Below, piece by piece: positions 37,881 through 47,019 of a DNA stretch of 64,000 nucleotides. The notes beneath the pieces were generated by a model. The model was not told where the DNA came from. It did not search any database and worked only from the letters and a program-made list of their open reading frames with translations. Source of the DNA: Candidatus Latescibacterota bacterium (GTDB lineage: Bacteria; Latescibacterota; UBA2968; UBA8231); NCBI GenBank assembly GCA_965242865.1, contig CBDETK010000013.1, positions 4,960,001 to 5,024,000 on the forward strand, in the 5' to 3' direction. Position 1 is the first letter of the stretch. Each line of letters starts with the position of its first letter. The translations under genes were made by a program, and so were the position numbers.

Positions 37881-38096
37881 TTATAAATACTTCATAAGCG
37901 TTACCGCTACGCCCACCGCGACTATCGTAATATAGAGATTGCGAGTTAATCCCTTATATATTTCTATTTTGAGTTCGGCTTTGAGTTCGGCTATATCGGC
38001 TTTGAGTTCCGCTACATCGGCTTTCGTCGCTAAATGCTGATACACCCCCTCAAGCCGAGATAGACGCTCTTCCGACGTTTGAGGTTCGACATTCAT
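37881..38096 (-). CDS. DUF1640/CCDC90-like coiled-coil membrane-anchored protein (paralog 2)
   Basis: [34 protein letters not shown] plus C-terminal TM; AGGAGG SD. Confidence 0.75.
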   Translation of the reverse strand: MNVEPQTSEERLSRLEGVYQHLATKADVAELKADIAELKAELKIEIYKGLTRNLYITIVAVGVAVTLMKYL

Positions 38097-38251
38097 GATT
38101 TCCTCCTTTGATTCGTGTCCACCGGTCATAGAGAATAATAGAAAATAGAGGATTATTCCAATCTATTTTTCTTGAACTTGACGCGGGCACTGCGAAGAAA
38201 GACCGATGGGTTCCAATCCCAATCGGCGGCCCGCCCTAGCCGCGCGGCGCG

Positions 38252-38280
38252 TTGACTTTGATCGCAACAGCCCCTAATTT
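38252..38280 (+). promoter_or_regulatory. tRNA promoter TTGACT-17-TAATTT
   Basis: 30 nt upstream of tRNA-Arg. Confidence 0.55.
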
Positions 38281-38310
38281 TTTGAACGCTTTTTAGCGGT
38301 TTGTGGTGCT

Positions 38311-38387
38311 GTGCCCATAGCTCAGTTGGATAGAGCATCTGCCTTCTAAGCAGACGGTCGTAGGTTCGAGTCCTACTGGGCACGCCA
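38311..38387 (+). tRNA. tRNA-Arg(TCT)
   Basis: GTGCCCA/TGGGCAC acceptor stem, TCTGC-CTTCTAA-GCAGA, T-loop, CCA end. Confidence 0.97.
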
Positions 38388-38404
38388 TGCAGGTCCCAGT
38401 TAGT

Positions 38405-38482
38405 GGTGGGTGTAGCTCAGTTGGTTAGAGCGCCAGGTTGTGGCCCTGGAGGGCGCGGGTTCAATTCCCGTCATCCACCCCA
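38405..38482 (+). tRNA. tRNA-His(GTG)
   Basis: G-1:C73 pair, CCAGG-TTGTGGC-CCTGG, GGTTCAATTCC, CCA end. Confidence 0.96.
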
Positions 38483-38503
38483 TCTTGCCCCTCGTCCTTG
38501 CCC

Positions 38504-39004
38504 ATGCAGTCGCCGTTGGCCGGTCCCGCCAAAATCATTACTTGCGACCAATTGCTCGCCATCCGCAGCCAATTCAAAAAAGCGCGGCAGACCTTCGTCT
38601 TTACCAATGGATGCTTTGACCTGCTACACCGCGGCCACGTCGAGTATTTGCGTGCGGCCCGCGCCTTGGGCGATTGCCTCGCAGTGGGATTAAACGACGA
38701 CGCTGGGGTCCGCGCCCTCAAGGGACGAGGCCGCCCCCTGTGCCCGCAAGGCGACCGCGCCGCTGTACTCGCGGCCTTAGAGTGCGTTTCGCATGTGTGC
38801 ATCTTTTCGGGGGAGAGCGTCGAGCACCTCGTAGGCGCGCTCGCGCCCGATGTTTTGGTCAAGGGCGGCGATTACGACCCGGCCGCCATCGTCGGCCAGG
38901 CGCTGGTCAAAGCGTGCGGCGGCCAAGTGCGCGCCCTGCGGCTGTGGCCGGGCATTTCCACCACCCAATTAGTCGAGCGCATCCGGGCGTTGCCCCGTGC
39001 GTGA
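38504..39004 (+). CDS. rfaE2: D-glycero-beta-D-manno-heptose 1-phosphate adenylyltransferase (RfaE domain II)
   Basis: VFTNGCFDLLHRGH, GLNDD..VR.LKG.GRP, LVKGGDY, STT. Confidence 0.9.
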   Translation: MQSPLAGPAKIITCDQLLAIRSQFKKARQTFVFTNGCFDLLHRGHVEYLRAARALGDCLAVGLNDDAGVRALKGRGRPLCPQGDRAAVLAALECVSHVCIFSGESVEHLVGALAPDVLVKGGDYDPAAIVGQALVKACGGQVRALRLWPGISTTQLVERIRALPRA

Positions 39005-39089
39005 CGCTCCTTGCGAACATTTGGTTTGCAGGGGGGATTGTGCTATATTCAGCGGAGATGGTTCACTTGTGTTTCCAATCAAAAATGCG

Positions 39090-39800
39090 ATGAAAAGCGC
39101 GAAAAGCGCGTGGGCGTTGGTCTTGGGCCTCGGGGCTTGCGCGCCCCAAGTTGAGCAACCCCAGTGGGAAGCGCCCGAGCAAGAGGGAAGCGAAGCCCTC
39201 CAAGCCCTCCAACGGGCGGTTGCGGCTGCGTACGAGCGCGAGCAGACCATGGCCGAGCGCGTGCGCCAGCTAGAAGAATCCAATGCCCAGTTGCGCCAAG
39301 CCCTCAACGCCCTCAAGGGCCAGAGCCGGGTCCTAAGTGCCCGCTTGGATTCGCTGCCCAGCCGGGCAGTGCCCAGTGCCCGCGAGACGCAGGCCGATAC
39401 GCTGGCGGCTGCTGCTGTCGGCACTGGCGATGCGTTCAACATGTACCAAGGCGCGCTCTACTACTATCGCCACGAGCAATACAACCGCGCCTTAGCCGAG
39501 TTTGACCGCTTGCTGCAAGAAGCCCCCATGAGCGAATGGTCCGACAACGCCCAGTACTGGAAGGGCGAGTGCTACTACGGGCTGGGCAAATACCAGCAAG
39601 CCCTCCTCGAATTCACCAAGGTGTTCGCCTTTAGCAACACGGATAAAGCCGACGACGCTCTGCTAAAAATCGCCCGCTGTCACCTCCGGCGGGAAGATCG
39701 CGCCCGGGCGCTTGCGGCCTTGCGCAAGCTGCTCGACGAATACCCGGACAGCGAATACGTGCCCACGGCCCGCGACAAGATAGAGCAGCTCGGCGGTTGA
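39090..39800 (+). CDS. cpoB: Tol-Pal protein YbgF/CpoB-like lipoprotein
   Basis: LGAC lipobox, coiled coil, TPRs SDNAQYWKGECYY and KADDALLKIA. Confidence 0.8.
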   Translation: MKSAKSAWALVLGLGACAPQVEQPQWEAPEQEGSEALQALQRAVAAAYEREQTMAERVRQLEESNAQLRQALNALKGQSRVLSARLDSLPSRAVPSARETQADTLAAAAVGTGDAFNMYQGALYYYRHEQYNRALAEFDRLLQEAPMSEWSDNAQYWKGECYYGLGKYQQALLEFTKVFAFSNTDKADDALLKIARCHLRREDRARALAALRKLLDEYPDSEYVPTARDKIEQLGG

Positions 39801-40423
39801 TGCGAACGGTCGTGCTCCGAGCCTGCTATCGCCTTTGGGCCGCGCTGACGGTCTGTGCCACCGCGGCCGGGGCCGCTCCTTTTCCTACCAATATGGACCT
39901 ATTGGTCGAGACTGTGGCCAGTGCGGTTGATGCGAGTTTGACGCGCATTGAGCTGCCGGCCACGGCTGCGACCGCCCCCTTGTTGGTTGTGGCGCAGAGC
40001 AAGCACGACGCCAATTGGATGATCGAGCACCTGCTGGCCAATCGGCTGCTAACGCGCGGCTTTAGCGTGACCTTGGACTCGACCGCAGCCCAACCGATGA
40101 GCATGCGCCTGTCCTACCGAGTGCTCGACCTCGGCGTCTCCGCGCATGCGGGATTGCGCGGCAGCGAGGTCCGCCGCCAAGGCCGGGTAACGCTCGCCCT
40201 GCGCTTGAGCGACGAGCGCGACGACGTGGTCCACTGGCAGGACGAAATCACCCGCACCCAGCGCGACCGGATCCCCAAAAAGCAGCTAGAAATGCTCCAG
40301 CACGACCAGTTCAAATTCGCCAAGACCGATTTAGAGAAACAAACGTGGAGCAAATTCGTCGAACCTGTGATCGTATCCACCGTGCTCGGTGGGCTTATCT
40401 ACTTGTTCTTTTCCAATCGCTAG
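39797..40423 (+). CDS. Hypothetical exported protein with C-terminal membrane anchor
   Basis: Operonic overlap; ends EPVIVSTVLGGLIYLFFSNR. Confidence 0.7.
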   Translation: MMRTVVLRACYRLWAALTVCATAAGAAPFPTNMDLLVETVASAVDASLTRIELPATAATAPLLVVAQSKHDANWMIEHLLANRLLTRGFSVTLDSTAAQPMSMRLSYRVLDLGVSAHAGLRGSEVRRQGRVTLALRLSDERDDVVHWQDEITRTQRDRIPKKQLEMLQHDQFKFAKTDLEKQTWSKFVEPVIVSTVLGGLIYLFFSNR

Positions 40424-40425
40424 CC

Positions 40426-41172
40426 ATGAAATACCTTGCTTTTTCGCTCGCGCTGGGCGTCGTCGCCTGCGCCAGCACACCGTCGGAGAAACTCCAAGGC
40501 GCGGATTACTACTTTGCCGAAGGCCAAAAGGCCATGCAGAAAAACCGCTGCCTAGAGGCCTCCGAGCACTTCAAGCGCTTAGTCAGCAATTTTCCCGGGT
40601 CGCGGCGGGTCGCCGAGGCCCAGTTCCTCCTCGCCGAATCGTACTTTTGCAGTCGCGATTGGGTCAATGCCGCCTTTGAGTATCAGCGCATCGTCGATAT
40701 TTATCCGTCGAGCGAGTGGGCGGTTGAGGCGCAGTTCAAGGTCGGCGAGTCGTACTTCAAGCAATTGCGCCGCCCCGAGCTCGACCAGAAGGAGACCTTT
40801 GAGGCCCTAACGGCCTTCCGCAACTTTATTGAGGACCACCTCGACTCGCCCTTGGCCGAACAGGCCCGCCAGCGCATTGTCGAGTGCCGGAGCCGCCTCG
40901 CCCAAAAGCAATACTTGAGCGGCCGCCTGTACCACAAACAGGGCTATCTCGACGCAGCCAAAATGACCTATGAGGAAGTGCTGCGCGAGTACCCGGATGT
41001 CGGCGAGTGGTATTACGCGACCCTCTTCCGCATGGGCGAAATTGCCCGCGCCCAAGGCGATGTGGATCTAGCGGTGCGCTACTGGAAGGAAGTGCTGCAA
41101 GACAGCGGCGACCCCAAGCTGGTGGAGGGTGTACAAAAGCACTTGGCTGGCCTGAGCCAATCGCCGGGCTGA
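40426..41172 (+). CDS. bamD: Outer-membrane assembly lipoprotein BamD
   Basis: VVAC lipobox, TPRs, ELDQKET..AL..F..FI...DS, LAQKQY..GRLY. Confidence 0.88.
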   Translation: MKYLAFSLALGVVACASTPSEKLQGADYYFAEGQKAMQKNRCLEASEHFKRLVSNFPGSRRVAEAQFLLAESYFCSRDWVNAAFEYQRIVDIYPSSEWAVEAQFKVGESYFKQLRRPELDQKETFEALTAFRNFIEDHLDSPLAEQARQRIVECRSRLAQKQYLSGRLYHKQGYLDAAKMTYEEVLREYPDVGEWYYATLFRMGEIARAQGDVDLAVRYWKEVLQDSGDPKLVEGVQKHLAGLSQSPG

Positions 41173-41174
41173 AG

Positions 41175-41762
41175 ATGCGGCGCATCGGCGTCATCGGCGG
41201 CACCTTTGACCCCATCCACCACGGCCACCTGCTTTTGGCCCGCTTTGCCTTAGAGCAAATCCCCCTCGACGAAGTGCTCTTTATCCCGGCGGCCGACCCG
41301 CCGCTCAAGCAGGGTGCCTACGCACCGGCCGAGGAGCGCTGGGCCATGGTCAAACTAGCCGTGGCCGACTGCCCGGACTTTGCAGCCTCGCGCTTGGAGC
41401 TAGACCGCCCGGGCAAGTCCTATACCGTCGAAACCTTGGTCCGGCTGCATCAGCTATACCCCCATGCCGCGCTGTTTTTCATCATCGGCGCGGACAACGT
41501 CGCCCAACTCGACGCTTGGCACGACCTCGAAGGCATTTTTGCCCAGTGTACGGTGGTGGTGGGTGCGCGCCCGAGCGCGGTGGCCGGCGGCGACCCCAAG
41601 CTGCTGGCCCGCCTGCGCTTTATCGCCACGCCGCTCATTGAGCTATCCTCGACCGAGATTAGGACGCGCCGCGCCACCGGCCGGCCCATCCGCTCCATGG
41701 TGCCCGAAGCGGTCGAGGCCCACATCCGAGCGAAAGGATTGTACGCCGCCCCGTGTTTATGA
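41175..41762 (+). CDS. nadD: Nicotinate-nucleotide adenylyltransferase
   Basis: GGTFDPIHHGH, SYTVETL, FIIGAD, LSSTEIR. Confidence 0.95.
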   Translation: MRRIGVIGGTFDPIHHGHLLLARFALEQIPLDEVLFIPAADPPLKQGAYAPAEERWAMVKLAVADCPDFAASRLELDRPGKSYTVETLVRLHQLYPHAALFFIIGADNVAQLDAWHDLEGIFAQCTVVVGARPSAVAGGDPKLLARLRFIATPLIELSSTEIRTRRATGRPIRSMVPEAVEAHIRAKGLYAAPCL

Positions 41763-42928
41763 CCCATCTAGCGTGTTCCCGCACCGGCGAGCACTACGAC
41801 GCCGACGCGCTGCACAACCTCTCAGCGGTCGGCGCGCCCCTCCTCGCCCGCTACGATCTCGAGCGAGCCGGCCATGCGCTGCCCCGCGCCGCGCTCAGCA
41901 CCCGCCCGCCGACGATGTGGCGCTACCGAGAAGTCATGCCCATCGGCACGCCCGCGGAGATCGTCTCCCTCGGCGAAGGCTTCACCCCGTTGCACCGCCC
42001 AGCGCGTTTGGGACGCTGGACGGGTTTTTCCCAGCTTTACATCAAAGACGAATCGCCCAACCCCACTGGCTCCTTCAAGGCCCGCGGCCTCTCGGCCGCT
42101 GTCACCTGTGCCCGCACGCGCGGCGCGAAAAAGCTGGCCATCCCCACGGCCGGCAATGCCGGGGGAGCATTGGCGGCGTACGCGGCCGCCTGTGGCCTGC
42201 CGGCAATAGTCTTTATGCCCCGCGATACGCCGCGGGCCTTTGTCGCCGAGTGCCGGTCTTGCGGCGCCGAGGTCGAGCTAATTGACGGGCTAATCAGCGA
42301 TTGCGGCCGCATCATTGGCGAGCGCAAGGAAGCCGAGGGGTGGTTTGAGGTGTCAACCCTAAAGGAGCCGTACCGCATTGAGGGCAAAAAAACCTTGGGC
42401 TACGAGTTGGCTGAGCAGATGGATTGGTCCCTGCCCGATGTGGTGATTTATCCCACCGGCGGCGGCACCGGGCTGATCGGGATGTGGAAGGCATTCGCCG
42501 AGCTGGAGCAACTCGGCTGGATTGGCCAACACCGGCCGCGGATGATCGCGGTGCAGGCCGAGGGCTGTGCGCCGATTGTCCGGGCCTTTGCCCTCGGCCA
42601 TGAAGCCGCCCAGCCGTGGGAAGCCGCCCACACAGTGGCCTCGGGCCTGCGGGTCCCCAGCGCGGTCGGCGACTTTCTGATGTTGCAGGTGTTGCGAGAA
42701 AGCGGCGGCCGCGCCATTGCCGTCAGCGACGAGGAATTGCTCGCGCATTCGCACTGCATGGCGGCGCACACGGGCATTTTCCCCGCGCCCGAAGGCGGGG
42801 CCACGCTAGCGGCCCTAATCAAGCTCGCCGAGCAAGGACTGGTGGAAGCAGACGAGCGCGTGGTGCTCTTCAATACGGGGTCGGGCTACAAGTACTTAGA
42901 GGCTCTGTCCGAGCGGTTCGCGTCTTGA
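41753..42928 (+). CDS. thrC: Threonine synthase
   Basis: SLGEGFTPL, NPTGSFKARG (PLP lysine), PYRIEGKKT, PTGGGTG, FNTGSGYKY. Confidence 0.88.
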   Translation: MFMTHLACSRTGEHYDADALHNLSAVGAPLLARYDLERAGHALPRAALSTRPPTMWRYREVMPIGTPAEIVSLGEGFTPLHRPARLGRWTGFSQLYIKDESPNPTGSFKARGLSAAVTCARTRGAKKLAIPTAGNAGGALAAYAAACGLPAIVFMPRDTPRAFVAECRSCGAEVELIDGLISDCGRIIGERKEAEGWFEVSTLKEPYRIEGKKTLGYELAEQMDWSLPDVVIYPTGGGTGLIGMWKAFAELEQLGWIGQHRPRMIAVQAEGCAPIVRAFALGHEAAQPWEAAHTVASGLRVPSAVGDFLMLQVLRESGGRAIAVSDEELLAHSHCMAAHTGIFPAPEGGATLAALIKLAEQGLVEADERVVLFNTGSGYKYLEALSERFAS

Positions 42929-42971
42929 CGAGCATGGGGGCTGCGGCTATTTTATAACCCTGCTTTGCTAT

Positions 42972-43048
42972 GCACCCATAGCTCAATTGGATAGAGCACC
43001 TGACTACGGATCAGAAGGTTCGGGGTTCGAGTCCCTGTGGGTGCGCCA
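42972..43048 (+). tRNA. tRNA-Arg(ACG)
   Basis: GCACCCA/TGGGTGC acceptor stem, CTACGGA anticodon loop, CCA end; TTGACG-17-TATTTT at 42925-42953. Confidence 0.96.
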
Positions 43049-43056
43049 TTAAAAAC

Positions 43057-43093
43057 AACGGGTTACGTCAAAAGACGTAGCCCGTTTCACTTT
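43057..43093 (+). terminator. Hairpin after tRNA-Arg(ACG)
   Basis: AACGGGTTACGTC-aaaa-GACGTAGCCCGTT followed by TCACTTT. Confidence 0.6.
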
Positions 43094-43106
43094 GAGGGGA
43101 AAGGGC

Positions 43107-44069
43107 ATGGCGAATATACAGGTCGGATTGATTGGCTGCGGAGGGCGCGGTCAGGGCCACATCCGCGCCCTACACGCGCTGGCAGACGTCGAGTTGGTCG
43201 CCATCTGCGATCCCGTTGCGGCAAACCGCGAACAGGTGGGCAATGAGTGGGGCATTGAACGCCGCTACGCCACCATAGAGGCCATGCTCGACGCCGAGGA
43301 ATTGGCCGTGGCGATCGTGGCTACCCCGGCCCATCTCAACGCCGAGGCGGCCCTACCGTGCTTGGAGCGAGGCATCGACACCCTGCTGGAAAAACCCCCG
43401 GGCATGAGCCTCGACCAAACCCGTGCGCTCAAAGCGGCGGCCGAGGCCAGCGGCGCCCGCGGCATGGTCGGCTGGAATCGCCGCTTCGATCCGCTCATTT
43501 TGCAAGTGTGCGCGGAGATTGCAGCGCGCGGCCCGATCTACCAACTCGTCGGCGAGTTCCACAAGAGCATGAGCCGTTTTGTCGCGGCCGGTCGCTTTCC
43601 CAAAATCGTCATGGACAACATGCTCCTCGAAAGCCCGATCCACGCGATTGATCTGGTGCGCCACTTGGGGGGCGCACCGGTCGCCGAAGTTCACAGCTTC
43701 GTCCGGCGCACATCCGCCTACAAGGACGTCCACGCCGCTTTAGTCGTCTTTGAGAACGACTGCGTCGCCCAGATCAGCGCCAACTACACCACCGACGCCC
43801 GCTTAGAGCGCTACGAAATCCACGGCCGCGACATCTCGGCCTATGTAGAGGGAATTTCCACATGCGAGCTGGTCTGCGACGGGGAGCGCAAGCGCTTGCA
43901 AAAGGCCGGTACGGACAGTACGCTGGCCCAAGCGGCCCACTTCTTCGACAGCATCAAGACCGCTGGCCCCATCGGCCCGCCGGCGGCGGACTTGGACGAG
44001 GCCATCGCCACCATGGAGCTCGCCACGGCTATTCTAGCCGGCCTGCGAGACGATCCTCGGGGTGCCTAA
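43107..44069 (+). CDS. Gfo/Idh/MocA family oxidoreductase
   Basis: VGLIGCGGRG Rossmann motif, ATPAHL, LEKPP, GWNRRF, IHAID. Confidence 0.9.
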   Translation: MANIQVGLIGCGGRGQGHIRALHALADVELVAICDPVAANREQVGNEWGIERRYATIEAMLDAEELAVAIVATPAHLNAEAALPCLERGIDTLLEKPPGMSLDQTRALKAAAEASGARGMVGWNRRFDPLILQVCAEIAARGPIYQLVGEFHKSMSRFVAAGRFPKIVMDNMLLESPIHAIDLVRHLGGAPVAEVHSFVRRTSAYKDVHAALVVFENDCVAQISANYTTDARLERYEIHGRDISAYVEGISTCELVCDGERKRLQKAGTDSTLAQAAHFFDSIKTAGPIGPPAADLDEAIATMELATAILAGLRDDPRGA

Positions 44070-44499
44070 CGCGCGCTACGAGCCGCATCAGGGCGAGCCG
44101 CTCAAAATCCCGCGGATCGTCCGTGCGAATCAGAAAATCGCCCTCCACGCGACGCGCTTCCCCGGCATTGAGGACGACGGGCTGCCCAAGCGGGATGAAC
44201 GCGTCGATCAGAAATTCCTCCCGGTCGAAAAACCGCAAGTCGTAGCGCACCCACACGGCCGCGGCTCCGACATTGCGAAACACGGCCGCAAAGACTCCCT
44301 CGAATTCGGCTGTTCCTCCCAGTCCCGGCCGCGGCAAAAGCGGCCACCAACTTAGGCTGTCGATCAACACGCTGCCCGCTAGTCCTTCGTCCTCGACAAA
44401 TTCTACTTCGCTGTGCAGCCCGTCCTCCGCGCCGCTCGGCCCGTCCTCTGCGGCAAAGCACCCGCCCAACACCAGCACCAGTGCGATCCCCGCGCTCAT
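44029..44499 (-). CDS. Hypothetical lipoprotein
   Basis: LVLVLGGC lipobox; beta-rich body. Confidence 0.6.
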   Translation of the reverse strand: MSAGIALVLVLGGCFAAEDGPSGAEDGLHSEVEFVEDEGLAGSVLIDSLSWWPLLPRPGLGGTAEFEGVFAAVFRNVGAAAVWVRYDLRFFDREEFLIDAFIPLGQPVVLNAGEARRVEGDFLIRTDDPRDFERLALMRLVARVRHPEDRLAGRLE

Positions 44500-44565
44500 G
44501 GTTTGGCCCCATTAGGTTTGCGTCTGTTGCGTTGATATTTCTTCGTGGTGTTCTTTAAGAATGCT

Positions 44566-46662
44566 ATGAAAAAAAACCAGTTAATCCAGTGCCTAGTGCC
44601 CATCCTGATCGCCGCGAGCGTCCGTGCGGACGAGCCCGCGCCTCGCTACCAAATGCCCCCCACCGAAATCACGGCCACGCGCGCCCCCCGCGAGGGATTT
44701 GACCTGCCGCTTGCCACGGCCGTGGTCGCAGAGGTCGGGCGCGCCCGGCCCGGGCTCTCGCTCGCCGAGTCCCTACGTCCGGTCCCTGGGCTGTTCGTCG
44801 CCAACCGCCACAACTTTTCCCAGGGAGACCGGCTCAGCGTACGCGGCCTAGGGGCGCGGGCGGCCTTTGGCGTCCGCGGGATCAAGGTTTTGCTCGACGG
44901 CATTCCCCTGACCATGCCCGATGGCCAGAGCCAGCTCAACAACCTCGACTTGGGGTCAACGGGCCGCATCGAGGTCTTGCGCGGCCCCAGCTCTTCGCTA
45001 TATGGCAATGCCGGCGGCGGCGTGCTCGCGGCCCACACCCAAGTACCGGCCGCGGCGGCTTGGCGCGTGACCCCGCGCGTACTCGCCGGCAGCAACGGCC
45101 TGTTCCGCGTGCAGACGAGCCTTGCGGGCCGCGCCGCTAAAACCCGCGCGTTCGCCAGCGCGTACGACCTGCGCAGCGAAGGCTCGCGCGATCACGCCCA
45201 CGCCCGCGCCCGCGCCCTCAACGCGCACGTGGGCCGCACCCTCACCCCCCACACCGAGTTGACGCTCCTGCTGCATTGGTACGACGCGCCTTACTTGTTC
45301 AATCCGAGTTCGCTCGCCGCAGACGCGGCTCGCGACCGACCGCGCAGCGTCCGCGGGTTCGTGGTGGGGCAGGGGGCCTCCAAGCAGGTTCGCCAGAGCC
45401 AAGGCGGCATCCGGCTCGACTATCGCCCGCCGCACGCACCGCACCACCGCGCGTCGAGTCTCGTGCTATACGGCGTTAGCCGCGCGCTCAAAAACCCCAT
45501 CCCGGGGCGGATTGTCGAGCTCGACCGCCGTGCGGGCGGCCTGCGGACAGAGCACCAATTCGCTTGGGCTGGTACGCGCCTGGTGACCGGCCTCGACTTA
45601 GACTTCCAGCGCGACGACCGCCGCGAGTTCGCCAACGAGGGCTTGCCCGAGGGGGTGCGCGTCCAAGACGAGCGCGTCTTCTCGCTCGTGCAATACGGCG
45701 ACCGCCAAGTGGATCAAGACGAACAGGTGCGGAGCCTCGGCCCCTTTGTCTCCTTGGAGCAAAATTTGGGTGCCGCGCTGACCGCGACCGTCGGCGGCCG
45801 CTACGACCGCTACCGATTTGCCGTTGCCAACCATGTGCGCACCATGGGCCAGTTCAGTCCGATGGCGGGCGTGGTGTACCGCCTCGGCCCCTTCTCCCGC
45901 TGGTATGCCCATGTTGCCACGGCCTTCCAGACGCCCACGACCTCTGAGTTGGGCAATCGGCCCAGCGGCGAGGGCGGCTTTAACCCGGATCTAAGCCCGG
46001 AGCGCGTCCTCGGGTTGGAAACGGGCTTGCGCCATCACGTGCGTCGGGCGCGTTTGGAACTGGAGGTGGCCCTGTACCAGCTCCAGATCGCCGACGCGCT
46101 CATTCCCTTTCAGGTTGAACGTGCAGACAGCGAGGAGATTTACTTCCGCAACGCCGGCCAAGCGCGCAATCGCGGATTGGAGCTCTTGCTTGCGGCGGTG
46201 CCGCTTTCCGGGCTGCGGGCCGATCTGGCGTACACCTTTGGCGATTATGTTTTCGAGGACTACGAAGTTGAGACCGGCGGCGGGCTCGTTCAGCTTGCTG
46301 GCAACGAGGTGCCGGGCGTGCCGCGCCACCGGCTCTTTGCCGGCCTGAGCTACGAGAGTCCGCAGGGCCTGTTTGCCGCCATCGAATTGGAGCGGGTTGG
46401 CCGCTACTGGGCCAACGACTTCAACGGCCCTCCACCCTCAAGCGACGCCTCGCCCGACAATTTTTTTAACCGCGCTTATATGCGGCTGGACCTGCGCTTG
46501 GGAATTGACTATCGCGCCGTGCGGGCCTTTGTCGCGGTCGAGAACGTGTTGGGTACTCAGTACAACGGCTCGGTGGTTCCCAACGCCTTTGGGGGCCGCT
46601 TCTTTGAACCCGCTCCCGGGCGCACTTGGCACTTGGGAGTTGGGGGGTGGATTGGGGATTGA
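44566..46662 (+). CDS. TonB-dependent receptor
   Basis: ITATR TonB box, plug domain SVRGLG...DGIP..RIEVLRGPSSSLYG, C-terminal ENVL..QY...PAPGR. Confidence 0.9.
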   Translation: MKKNQLIQCLVPILIAASVRADEPAPRYQMPPTEITATRAPREGFDLPLATAVVAEVGRARPGLSLAESLRPVPGLFVANRHNFSQGDRLSVRGLGARAAFGVRGIKVLLDGIPLTMPDGQSQLNNLDLGSTGRIEVLRGPSSSLYGNAGGGVLAAHTQVPAAAAWRVTPRVLAGSNGLFRVQTSLAGRAAKTRAFASAYDLRSEGSRDHAHARARALNAHVGRTLTPHTELTLLLHWYDAPYLFNPSSLAADAARDRPRSVRGFVVGQGASKQVRQSQGGIRLDYRPPHAPHHRASSLVLYGVSRALKNPIPGRIVELDRRAGGLRTEHQFAWAGTRLVTGLDLDFQRDDRREFANEGLPEGVRVQDERVFSLVQYGDRQVDQDEQVRSLGPFVSLEQNLGAALTATVGGRYDRYRFAVANHVRTMGQFSPMAGVVYRLGPFSRWYAHVATAFQTPTTSELGNRPSGEGGFNPDLSPERVLGLETGLRHHVRRARLELEVALYQLQIADALIPFQVERADSEEIYFRNAGQARNRGLELLLAAVPLSGLRADLAYTFGDYVFEDYEVETGGGLVQLAGNEVPGVPRHRLFAGLSYESPQGLFAAIELERVGRYWANDFNGPPPSSDASPDNFFNRAYMRLDLRLGIDYRAVRAFVAVENVLGTQYNGSVVPNAFGGRFFEPAPGRTWHLGVGGWIGD

Positions 46663-46687
46663 GGCGCGGTCTTTGAGTTGACGCATA

Positions 46688-46843
46688 TTGGGAGAGTGGC
46701 TTGATTGGGAAACAATCGAGGCTCAGTACGCGACCCTTCCGTTGAGTACGCCTTTTCTGGTGTTCGAGGTCAATGTGATGGACGGCGATGCGGAGCCGAT
46801 TTGGAATCTGTCCGATGCTGTGGACGATCTTTTGAGGAAATAG
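46688..46843 (+). pseudogene. Gene fragment at the left edge of the defence island
   Basis: 52-codon open frame (GEWLDWETIEAQYATLPLSTPFLVFEVNV...LLRK*) with no SD; reads like an orphan C-terminus. Confidence 0.35.
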
Positions 46844-46940
46844 AAGGAGCGTAGGACAGTAGAAGAGATCTCTTACAGCAATCCTAAATGAATCGAAAGC
46901 ATGGAATGTTGATCGGCACCGTCTTTTCTGCCTATGAAAA

Positions 46941-46967
46941 GTCATTCCCGCGAAAGCGGGAATCCAG
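46941..46967. repeat. dRS3/REP-like palindromic element
   Basis: GTCATTCCCGCGAAAGCGGGAATCCAG, fitting ATTCCC-N8-GGGAAT. Confidence 0.7.
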
Positions 46968-47019
46968 TCCTGAATGATGTAGGATTGCTATATCAGTCCT
47001 CGGTAAGGAGAAAAATGTC

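Noticed and set aside
34418-43048. tRNA-anchored integrated element
   Set aside because: I found no duplicated tRNA 3' end (att site) and no integrase beside any of the five tRNAs within the window.
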